Virus record (IMG/VR): IMGVR_UViG_3300030099_007882 | Location: 1-32,267 of that record | Strand: one strand, 5' to 3' | Source: a virus | Lineage: Duplodnaviria; Caudoviricetes | DNA: 32,267 nt | Part shown: positions 24,443-32,267 of the stretch, in pieces | Layout: the number at the start of each line of letters is the position of its first letter | Position numbering within the stretch: position 1 is the first letter of the stretch | Program-made: the position numbers and the translations under genes | Notes under the pieces: generated by a model | Seen by the model: only the letters and a program-made list of their open reading frames with translations | Database searches by the model: none | Told to the model about the DNA's origin: nothing

Positions 24443-25150
24443 TTAAGAGGTTAGATCACCGACTAATAGCCATCCATCAGTTCCCGTTTTATAACACACA
24501 GCAGAACTAAACTGAACACGGGTTTTGGTTTGATCATCTGCCGCATTCAAACTGACAGCATTACTGCCTGTTGTAATATGTAATTGTCCAGCGCCTAATT
24601 GAAATACACTAATTTCTGTTCCAATAGGAAACGCTACAGAACTGTTGGGTGGTATAAGACCTGTAATCGGGTTTGCGCTATTAAATGAAACCATGTTGCT
24701 TTGATCAGTTGAAACAAAGGTGTAAGAAGAACTGGTCGTGGTGGTTAAATCCGTTACGGATGTAACAGAACCGTCAACGTGCAATCTGCTTGCTGGCGTC
24801 TTTGTTCCAACGCCAAGTTTGTTTCCTGTAAGAACAAAATCCCCACTATTGTAGTCGCCCATTACAACAGAACCGTCGCTGTAAGCTTCTAAAATCGGCA
24901 ATCCCGCAATATCATTCGCAGAAAACACGGAATCAAAGTTTGTGTCTACAGAGAATAACCTTCCGCTTTGGCTATCAATAGTAAATTTTTCAGCTACTCC
25001 AGTTCCAAGGCTGGACAAATTTAATTCACCGCTATTTTCAAAGGTGAATCTAGAAGCGCCCGACTCATTAATGTCGATGAAGTCACCACTGGCTGCGCCA
25101 GTATTAAATTCAATTATTCCAGACGAGGGATTTATATATATATTAGACAT
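24443..25150 (-). CDS. Short tail-fibre-like virion protein
   Basis: KLGVGTKTPASRLHVDG fibre motif; C-terminal IPPNSSVAFPIGTEI...GAGQ...WLLVGDL module common in phage structural proteins. Confidence 0.7.
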   Translation of the reverse strand: MSNIYINPSSGIIEFNTGAASGDFIDINESGASRFTFENSGELNLSSLGTGVAEKFTIDSQSGRLFSVDTNFDSVFSANDIAGLPILEAYSDGSVVMGDYNSGDFVLTGNKLGVGTKTPASRLHVDGSVTSVTDLTTTTSSSYTFVSTDQSNMVSFNSANPITGLIPPNSSVAFPIGTEISVFQLGAGQLHITTGSNAVSLNAADDQTKTRVQFSSAVCYKTGTDGWLLVGDLTS

Positions 25151-25838
25151 TTGTTAAATCTGGGAATCTCCCCTTACACGCTAAATAGTTCTGTTTAACT
25201 TCGGCGGCGGTTAAAACCCTATCGTATATCCTTATAATCGCTTGAGGACCATCAAATGCTTGGCTACCAGAAAATCCACCACCAGCAGAGTCCTGTTCTT
25301 GCGCCACAACCAATACCCCATTTGCACCGAAATTAGTGCCAGCAGCTAATGTTCCCGCGAATCTTGAAACGCCGTCAACATATAGAGTTTCAGCCCCCGA
25401 GCTTCTTAAGGATGTCCTAACAACTTGATGAAATTTCCCATCAGCTACATTTACACTTGTGCCTATATTACTACTAGGCCCATACAGCGTAATGCTTGGT
25501 GGCGCAAATAATATAGCTTCATTATGATCGCTGCGGTCCGAATAACTAACAAAAGCCCTTGATACGCTTGCATTACTTGTTTTACACCAGACCTCCATTG
25601 TAAGTGCGGTAGTTGGAAATGGAAACGGGTCTGCTATCATGTATTTAGAAGTTACAGTCTCAAAAACAAAACCCTCAAGCCGCGAAAAATCAGGGCTTCC
25701 AGCAATCGTTAGATGATTCTCCTCGCCACTCAAATCAAAAAATGTGGTTCCAGATCCTGGGTAAGATTTCTCAGATAGAGCATCAACGCATAGTATTAAG
25801 CCCTCTCTGCTTATTGTTGGTCCTAATTTTACACTCAT
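25143..25838 (-). CDS. LamG/pentraxin-like lectin-fold virion protein
   Basis: GLILCVDA...SYPGSGT..FDLSG; LYVDG; QEQDS.GG.F...Q; IRIYDRVLTAAEVKQNY. Confidence 0.85.
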   Translation of the reverse strand: MSVKLGPTISREGLILCVDALSEKSYPGSGTTFFDLSGEENHLTIAGSPDFSRLEGFVFETVTSKYMIADPFPFPTTALTMEVWCKTSNASVSRAFVSYSDRSDHNEAILFAPPSITLYGPSSNIGTSVNVADGKFHQVVRTSLRSSGAETLYVDGVSRFAGTLAAGTNFGANGVLVVAQEQDSAGGGFSGSQAFDGPQAIIRIYDRVLTAAEVKQNYLACKGRFPDLTNV

Positions 25839-28800
25839 ATTTCTACTGCTAATTTATCTATATCTTTGCGTTCACCGTAAACAACATAATCATAAGATTT
25901 TTCTACACCCCCAACCATGATTTGTTCTGGGGTTTTAGATTTCACATACAAGGATTGAAAGGTATGAAGGGGTGTCAGTGTTACAGTTATGGAATCTTCA
26001 TGCACTAAATCTTTCCAGTAATCTGGTAATTTAATTACATTTTTACTACTTGTCCCGCGAACAAATACGCCATGCTCTGGTCCCTCCAAGGAACCATATT
26101 GCAGCTTTTTGTTTTCTTTAGTTGGGTGATCAATTACAAAGGACTTACTTGTGGCCGAGAAGTGACCGACAACATCGAGAGCGTTTGCGGGTGTGTCTGT
26201 CCCTATTCCAACATTACCATCAGATGCTATACGGACTCTTTCTGTGACACTTCCACCATCTGGTTTGGTTGCAAAGAATAAATCTCCAAAACTTGATGGC
26301 CCTTTTCTTTCGTGACCTATACAGGCTCCTAGCGCATCTGTATCACTAGTAATACCAAAGCCTATACCAATGCTCTCATCCGTGTCATCACTATTGTTAT
26401 GTAAATGTAAATGGCAATTATCCGCATCAGATAAATCGTTTTCTATATTTCTACTACTTACAATATCAAATCGACCTTTAGGAGTGGTTGTCCCCACGCC
26501 AACACTTCCGTTGGAGTTGACCGTCATTACCTTGGTGTCATTCCTAGAGGCAAGTTGTAGTATTCTATTTGCGTTCGCCGTTTCTCCCGCCCGTATCAAA
26601 AGACCCTGACCATTAGTAGTCGAGGTATTGTAGAACCTAGAGAGAAGACTTGAGGCTTTACTTGCCGATACCTCTAAGCAGTAAGCTGGATTAGTTGTGC
26701 CGATTCCAACATCTCCACCACCTTCAATGCGGATGCGTTCTGTATTATTAGTTCCAAAAGCTAAGTAATTACTACCACTTGTGCTTATGTAGGAATTATT
26801 GTCCGTGACAATAGAATTCCCATCGAGATACATGTTCGCAGAGGAATCTTCAATGTGAAGTCCTGCATTTCCAGCGTTTGGAGCGGTAATAGTGCCGATG
26901 GTTGCATTTTTATAAATGTGAGCGACACCGCTTACGGGGCTGTTTGTTCCAATTCCGACATTACCATTCAAATCTTGAACAAAAGCATCTGTGTTTGTTG
27001 ATGGGCCAATATTCAGTGTCCCAGCGCTATCTTTCCAAATTCTATGTGAAGTTGCGTTTGAGCTTGTAAGAGCTATGCCATCAGTGTCAGCATTCCCCTT
27101 TTGTCTAAGGTGTAATGTTGCTGAACTGGATACTCCCACACCTCCATCTATAATGACTTGGCCACTGAGCAATGAAGTTCCGCGAACATCTAACTCCTGA
27201 GTTGGGGCGCTGGTATTGATTCCAACGCTATCTTCAGATGCGTCTACATATAATGTATCGGTATCAATGTAGAAATCACTGGAAGTGTTAAAGCCGCCCT
27301 TATTGGAACCGCCCTGCATAAAATAAATATTCGTTCCAGCTTTGGAATTCACATAAGTAGCACCATTTGCTTGCTGCAAGAAAGCGTAATTGGTTGTGGT
27401 GTTCATGTCAATATGACTAAAACCAGCATAATTGCTGTGACCCACATAACCCACATGAGCTTGCCCAATTTCTGCGCTTACATCATCCCCAGGCTGTACC
27501 GACAGTAGTTCCGTTGGCACATGATTGTAGTGTCCCGTCTTACCAATCTGGACCATTCCACTAAAGAATCCCGAGTATCCCGAAATGGTTCCACGGACAT
27601 CTAATTCGTGTGTGGGGGCGCTGGTATTAATTCCAACCTTGTCCGCAGATGCATCTACATACAATGTGTCTGTATCGACGTAGAAATCTTTCGTGCTACC
27701 GTCAAATACCGCTATGTTGGCATCACCCTCTCTAACATAGATGTTGTAGCCATCACGCGCATTAATCACAGTATGTCCTGCACTAGTTTGTGCAAAAGCG
27801 TAATCCGTAGCGTTAGCAAAATCTACATGAGCAAAACTAGCAAAATCAGAATCCCCGACATACCCTATCTGCGCTCTACCGATTATACCAGAAGCGTCAG
27901 TATCGCGAGCTACATCAAGTGCTGCCTTGGGGCTACTTGTTCCAATGCCGACATTACCTTCTACTAGCAAACCATCACTTGGTGCGGCGGCGCCAACATA
28001 ACTACCTCCTAGTGTTGCGCCTCCGTTTACTCCAAGCGGACTTGAGACGATATTAGTTCCTATTCCGACGGCACCCTCTACTGCCAAACCATCAACTGGT
28101 GCATCTGAAGTGAGAAAGCTTCGTCCAAATGTGCCACTAGCTGCCTCCAAGCTCTTACTAAAAACACCAGTCACTCCTGACAGGTATTTTCCTGCGACTT
28201 CTATAGAGTTTGTTGTTGTGGCCCCTCTGTCCGTGACTGTTTGGAACGTATCCGCTTCAACAGTATGCGCTCCCGTCATTACAGGATTACCACTTACATA
28301 TAAAGCTCCACCACCGCCAATGTAAACACCACTGGCGAAATCTAGATTCAGGGTATGTTCGCCGCTTGAAGCGTGGACTCTATTTTGTCCATCAGCTAAT
28401 ACTGCTGCTCCACTGTGTGTGGCGGCAATTAAAGCTTTGCGGCCAAAGGCGTATGAGTAATCCCCGCTTACCTTGTTTGATTGACCACCTCCAACAAAAG
28501 AATAATTTCCAGAGGCAAAGTTGTCATTTCCACCAGCCACTACGGACCAACCTCCATCCGCTTCATTGTTTTCTCCTGCAACAATTGAAGCAAAATCCCG
28601 TCGCGTAAAATTTTCTTGCCCCCCACCTATAAAACTATATTCTCCAAAAGCTGTATTGGAATTACCGCACCCTATAAAGGAGTTTGCCCCTTCTATGCGA
28701 TTGCCAGCGCCCCCCATGATGGCGGCATCGCCCACACCTGTAATCTTGTTGTCTTGACCGCCTCCAATAAAATTGAAACGATCTTGTAAAACTTGATTTC

Positions 28801-31309
28801 CGCTAATTAAATTATTTTGACCACCAGCTATGACAGAATAATCGCCCGAGATAATATCATTATTCTCACCACCAATGCTGGAAGCGAACTTTGACTCTGA
28901 GATATCTACTCCAGAGCCACCACCAATAAAATTAAAGTCACCGCCAATGCCTGAAATTTGATTTTCTGCACCACCAGCAATTGCATCATAATCACCACTA
29001 ATGATATGACCCGAACCACCAATAATAACAGAACCAGTTGAGAAGATGTTTGAGTTGGTTGCTGACAGAATTGATTTATGGCCCTGAATCTTTGTCGCTA
29101 GTATGCCCTCTTGGTTCTTAATAGACAGGATGCCCTCGTTAGTAGTTTCGGCTTTCATTTCTACCACGGAGTTTCCACCAGCATCATAAATGTCCAACCT
29201 ACCTCCCCTATAGGACTCACTGCTCAGAACGACACTCTCGTTTGCAGAAGAATCGAGTAGCGTCATTTTACCTTGATTACTGGCATCAGCCAGAATTGAA
29301 ACCTTTGTGGCTCCCGCAGAGTCATGAACAGTTATACTACCCCTCTTATTAGAGTCGCTGCTCAGGACAATACTGTCGTTTGCAGAAGAATCGAGCATGG
29401 TCATTTTACCTTGACCATTACTATCAACAATCAAGCTTGTCCTCACGTTTCCTCCGTCATCATGGCAGGTAATCGATCCCCTGCTACTGTCGTTGGAGAT
29501 AGTAACACTATCATCACCATCGGCATCCTTAACCACTAACCGCCCAGCATCATTAGCATCTGTGCCAAGGGTAATAATTTGGTCTCCGTAACTACCATCG
29601 GCATATAAATCTATACCCGAGTCAGTATCTCCATTTGTTATAATTGTTAGTGGGGATGTTGGCGGCATACTTATACCCAGCGTTACAGGCGTACTGGTGG
29701 TATTTCCCCTATCAGTGACGCTTTGGAGTGTGTCATCATCAGCGGGAATATCAGTGCTTAGGGCATAATCCACGCCTCCTGGGCCTGTAACTCTTCCCGC
29801 TGTTCCAATTCCCTCAAGATTGCCGTTGATATCCAGTTTTGGATCTCCAACAGCGGTTCCTGGGACTGTACCTATACCAACATTACCCCCCGCCGTCTCA
29901 ATAGTGTTGGGGTTGGAGGGTGTGGAAATTGTTAAACAGCGTCCTGTAACGCAGCCAGAAACATCCAGATCGCCAACTAGGTATTGATTGCCTCTATTGT
30001 AAAGGGGTTGCCCCGCATTTCTTGGGTCTTGCTCAACAGGTTGAATCTTATGCGGTCCAACTGTGAAAACCTGCCCTTTTGATATGGCGCTTTCTGGCAC
30101 CAATTGAAAATAATAATCCGTTTCTGTTATAAGCCCTTCAGCATCCCCATCCTTGGGTGTTAGTTGGAATGTTTGTCCAGCCTGATCTTTTGTTAGTGGG
30201 ATGGTTGCTATAAAATTGCTACTATTCCTCGGGAATTCTCCTGAGCCTGTTTGACCATAAACATGAATACTGTTTCCGTATTCGGTGTAATTGGGATCGT
30301 TCTTAAAGGCGAACTCTATATTAATACCTCCTGTAATTGGCTCTCCTGTTGCAGCTTGCCTATTTGTTAAAAATAGCTCGTCAGCGCTACTTCCTGTAGT
30401 AATAAAGTTGCTGGCATTACTTTGACTTAGGTGGCGACCACTCGCATCAGTAATGTATAGAAAATCTATCTCTAGTGGATTGCCGTATAGATATATCTCA
30501 TTTACTTGTTCCTCGCCATTTTGATCCTGCAAGGAGTATCTAACACCAAAGTCCGAAGTGTAACTACCAAAAACATTTATATTTTCCTGTTCACTAAAAG
30601 AGAAGCTTCGACTTTTTAATCCGCTTCTGTAACCAGTGAACACCATACCGCCCGTGATATCTAATATGTCAATATCAAAGCCATCAAAGAAAATATTGTT
30701 TTGTAGTTGATCCTGAGTCTCAAGCGTTACGCCCGCCCTGTCTACTATTTCTGAAAAAGTAAGCGTAACATCTCTAAATAGATGTACTCCGCTTCCAGTA
30801 GAACTATTGCCCAGATTTCCCGTGTCTAAATTCGGCAAAACCGTTACAAATTGTTGAAGTGGTGGTAAGGTGGTGTATGAACCCGTGTAGTAACCGTTAC
30901 CGCCCGATATTAGTCCCGTTAATGTTTTTCCTGCGGCATCTGTGTATCGTGCGTAAGCTCCTACAAAATGCTCTACCTCACTAGCCAAACCTGTTGGGGT
31001 CGTCGTCCCCAAAGCTAAGTAGTTATCGCCTGTTCCTCTTATATCTCCTCCGTAGACATATCCAGTGCCTGTCGCTAAAGCAATATTAGTTGGGTTTCCC
31101 GTAGCTAAGTAATCTTGGTCTGCACTGTTGCCAGTGGTATGAGCAAAGAAAAAATTATCAACTACTTTAAAACCTGAGGCTTCGTAAATGCCACCAACGC
31201 CAGTAGCCCCTGTAGCAGCAGTATACCCTCCAGAAATTAGTGGCGTTGCCCCCGAAGGGTTAACCTCTAAGATAAATGTTCCACTAGGTATATAGGGATA
31301 GTATGGCAT
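25835..31309 (-). CDS. Long tail fibre / adhesin (1824 aa)
   Basis: Many GNVGIGT motifs, Gly/Asn beta-roll repeats, internal duplications, and a C-terminal KSFVIDHP...LEGPE...LPDYW...ERKD domain. Confidence 0.85.
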   Translation of the reverse strand: MPYYPYIPSGTFILEVNPSGATPLISGGYTAATGATGVGGIYEASGFKVVDNFFFAHTTGNSADQDYLATGNPTNIALATGTGYVYGGDIRGTGDNYLALGTTTPTGLASEVEHFVGAYARYTDAAGKTLTGLISGGNGYYTGSYTTLPPLQQFVTVLPNLDTGNLGNSSTGSGVHLFRDVTLTFSEIVDRAGVTLETQDQLQNNIFFDGFDIDILDITGGMVFTGYRSGLKSRSFSFSEQENINVFGSYTSDFGVRYSLQDQNGEEQVNEIYLYGNPLEIDFLYITDASGRHLSQSNASNFITTGSSADELFLTNRQAATGEPITGGINIEFAFKNDPNYTEYGNSIHVYGQTGSGEFPRNSSNFIATIPLTKDQAGQTFQLTPKDGDAEGLITETDYYFQLVPESAISKGQVFTVGPHKIQPVEQDPRNAGQPLYNRGNQYLVGDLDVSGCVTGRCLTISTPSNPNTIETAGGNVGIGTVPGTAVGDPKLDINGNLEGIGTAGRVTGPGGVDYALSTDIPADDDTLQSVTDRGNTTSTPVTLGISMPPTSPLTIITNGDTDSGIDLYADGSYGDQIITLGTDANDAGRLVVKDADGDDSVTISNDSSRGSITCHDDGGNVRTSLIVDSNGQGKMTMLDSSANDSIVLSSDSNKRGSITVHDSAGATKVSILADASNQGKMTLLDSSANESVVLSSESYRGGRLDIYDAGGNSVVEMKAETTNEGILSIKNQEGILATKIQGHKSILSATNSNIFSTGSVIIGGSGHIISGDYDAIAGGAENQISGIGGDFNFIGGGSGVDISESKFASSIGGENNDIISGDYSVIAGGQNNLISGNQVLQDRFNFIGGGQDNKITGVGDAAIMGGAGNRIEGANSFIGCGNSNTAFGEYSFIGGGQENFTRRDFASIVAGENNEADGGWSVVAGGNDNFASGNYSFVGGGQSNKVSGDYSYAFGRKALIAATHSGAAVLADGQNRVHASSGEHTLNLDFASGVYIGGGGALYVSGNPVMTGAHTVEADTFQTVTDRGATTTNSIEVAGKYLSGVTGVFSKSLEAASGTFGRSFLTSDAPVDGLAVEGAVGIGTNIVSSPLGVNGGATLGGSYVGAAAPSDGLLVEGNVGIGTSSPKAALDVARDTDASGIIGRAQIGYVGDSDFASFAHVDFANATDYAFAQTSAGHTVINARDGYNIYVREGDANIAVFDGSTKDFYVDTDTLYVDASADKVGINTSAPTHELDVRGTISGYSGFFSGMVQIGKTGHYNHVPTELLSVQPGDDVSAEIGQAHVGYVGHSNYAGFSHIDMNTTTNYAFLQQANGATYVNSKAGTNIYFMQGGSNKGGFNTSSDFYIDTDTLYVDASEDSVGINTSAPTQELDVRGTSLLSGQVIIDGGVGVSSSATLHLRQKGNADTDGIALTSSNATSHRIWKDSAGTLNIGPSTNTDAFVQDLNGNVGIGTNSPVSGVAHIYKNATIGTITAPNAGNAGLHIEDSSANMYLDGNSIVTDNNSYISTSGSNYLAFGTNNTERIRIEGGGDVGIGTTNPAYCLEVSASKASSLLSRFYNTSTTNGQGLLIRAGETANANRILQLASRNDTKVMTVNSNGSVGVGTTTPKGRFDIVSSRNIENDLSDADNCHLHLHNNSDDTDESIGIGFGITSDTDALGACIGHERKGPSSFGDLFFATKPDGGSVTERVRIASDGNVGIGTDTPANALDVVGHFSATSKSFVIDHPTKENKKLQYGSLEGPEHGVFVRGTSSKNVIKLPDYWKDLVHEDSITVTLTPLHTFQSLYVKSKTPEQIMVGGVEKSYDYVVYGERKDIDKLAVEI
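27177..27688. repeat. Imperfect direct repeat, 411-nt spacing (137 aa), in the fibre gene
   Basis: About 27177-27277 and 27588-27688 both encode DFY(V/I)DTDTLYVDAS.D.VGINTSAPT.ELDVRGT. Confidence 0.9.
28440..29075 (-). repeat. About 14-aa Gly/Asn tandem repeats (xxxGGxxNxxxGxx), beta-roll-like
   Basis: AIAGGAENQISG, FIGGGSG, SIGGENNDIISG, VIAGGQNNLISG, FIGGGQDNKITG, VVAGGNDNFASG, FVGGGQSNKVSG. Confidence 0.85.
29220..29414. repeat. Imperfect direct repeat, 138-nt spacing (2 x 23 aa)
   Basis: 29220-29276 and 29358-29414 encode QGKMT(M/L)LDSSAN(D/E)S(I/V)VLS and share an exact 20-mer TCGTTTGCAGAAGAATCGAG. Confidence 0.9.
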
Positions 31310-31312
31310 TTT

Positions 31313-32267
31313 TTATTGTATTGTAATTCCGTCTGCAAAACTTCTGCCAAACGGTAAAATTTCCTCAAAAAGAACGAACATTCCAGTTTGAGCAGGTGAC
31401 GAGTTAAAATATGCTTCAGCAGTATTTGTTGAGCCTTGGTTTCCTAAAGCAACTGCATTTAGACTGTACTGACCAATTGAGCTAAGGTTATCGAATTTTA
31501 CACAAAAACCAATCGGCGGAGTGCTTGCGGCTGACACGACTTGTTCATACTTATAACGTGGACCTTGCAATGTAACATGAAATCCCGTGGCGTCAGAGTC
31601 ATTAATAGGTGGGCCACCGTTGGGGTCAGTGAAATTCCCACTAATAAAAAACGTTTGAAAATCTTCTCCGTCTCCCGTGGCTAAGCTAGTCCATTTTGGT
31701 GGGTCTAGGGTGGTGTATGTAATATCTCCGATAGTTTGAGCTACCCTATAAGCAAAAGTATTCTCTTTGTTTTCTATTGATATATTATCCTCAATTAACG
31801 CCCACTTACCAGTGTCATATTTGGTAGCAGATAATAGAAATTGATTTGGATTAGTTTCAGCTAAAGATAAAACTTTAAAGATAAATGGATCTTTCTCTTT
31901 GATTTCAAATTTAGCGGTGCTTCCCAGCTTTAAAAATGGAAGCATTTGCGCTTGCTCTGGGGCAAATCCTGAAACTAAGCAGCCGTAATCCTTCAAGGTA
32001 ATTTCCCCAGTAACACTTAACACCGTCGTCTGCGATGGCGATGTTAGCATTACTTCAGACGGAAGTATTCCTTTCGTTATACTGGATATAATGTTATTTC
32101 CAGAGAACATTCCCGATACGCTTGCCCAATACGATTCACCCCTTCTATCGGCTTCGTTTGTGTCATAGTTATTCATGAAGCCAGTTCCCAAATCAAAGAG
32201 AGTGCTTCCTGTCCCACTAGCTATGAATATGCTTTGTGAGTCATCATCAACGTTAATATCGCCCGTT
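31313..32267 (-). CDS. C-terminal part of a tail-tip/host-specificity (J-like) protein, 5'-truncated by the window edge
   Basis: Frame is open to the window end (TGDINVDDDSQSIFIASGTGSTLFDLGTGF...). FKVLSLAETNPNQFLLSATKYDTGKW resembles the J-protein motif and is followed by an FN3-like region. Confidence 0.65.
   Translation of the reverse strand, partial: TGDINVDDDSQSIFIASGTGSTLFDLGTGFMNNYDTNEADRRGESYWASVSGMFSGNNIISSITKGILPSEVMLTSPSQTTVLSVTGEITLKDYGCLVSGFAPEQAQMLPFLKLGSTAKFEIKEKDPFIFKVLSLAETNPNQFLLSATKYDTGKWALIEDNISIENKENTFAYRVAQTIGDITYTTLDPPKWTSLATGDGEDFQTFFISGNFTDPNGGPPINDSDATGFHVTLQGPRYKYEQVVSAASTPPIGFCVKFDNLSSIGQYSLNAVALGNQGSTNTAEAYFNSSPAQTGMFVLFEEILPFGRSFADGITIQ

Noticed and set aside
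27177-27688. Diversity-generating retroelement TR/VR pair
   Set aside because: Both copies are in frame within one gene, differences are mostly synonymous and not adenine-specific, and no reverse transcriptase is in the window.
24019-29539. Short ORFs nested in the minus-strand GT and fibre genes
   Set aside because: Shadows of Gly/Thr/Ser-rich coding sequence with no independent support.
1-32267. Stop-codon reassignment
   Set aside because: TAA, TAG and TGA all end genes at tight junctions, and coding density is near complete under the standard code.

Overview
Gene-dense, AT-rich segment of a large tailed dsDNA phage genome. The host is probably in the PVC superphylum (Verrucomicrobiota/Planctomycetota/Lentisphaerae), inferred from a DUF1549/DUF1553 + DUF1501 gene pair. 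The + strand (1-23756) carries the 3' part of gmd and a replication/recombination module: RecA-like, Vsr/DUF559-like nuclease, DnaB, DnaG, PD-(D/E)XK nuclease, and a DnaE split into a stand-alone PHP gene and a catalytic gene with a DEDDh exonuclease and a cupin between them. It continues with a ClpA/C ATPase, a small Sm/SH3-like gene, a degenerate kinase-fold gene, a basic mosaic protein, the secreted DUF1549/1553-DUF1501 pair, a Whirly-like protein, glycosyltransferases, a Rad52/RecT-like protein, a GNAT and small ORFs. The - strand (23753-32267) carries a GT-A glycosyltransferase and virion genes: a short fibre-like protein, a pentraxin-like LamG protein, a 1824-aa fibre and the C-terminus of a tail-tip protein. 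Several genes have sigma70-like promoters only 5-6 nt upstream of the start codon, implying leaderless mRNAs. No rRNA, tRNA, CRISPR array, integrase or transposase was seen. All family assignments come from motif recognition by eye, not database searches.
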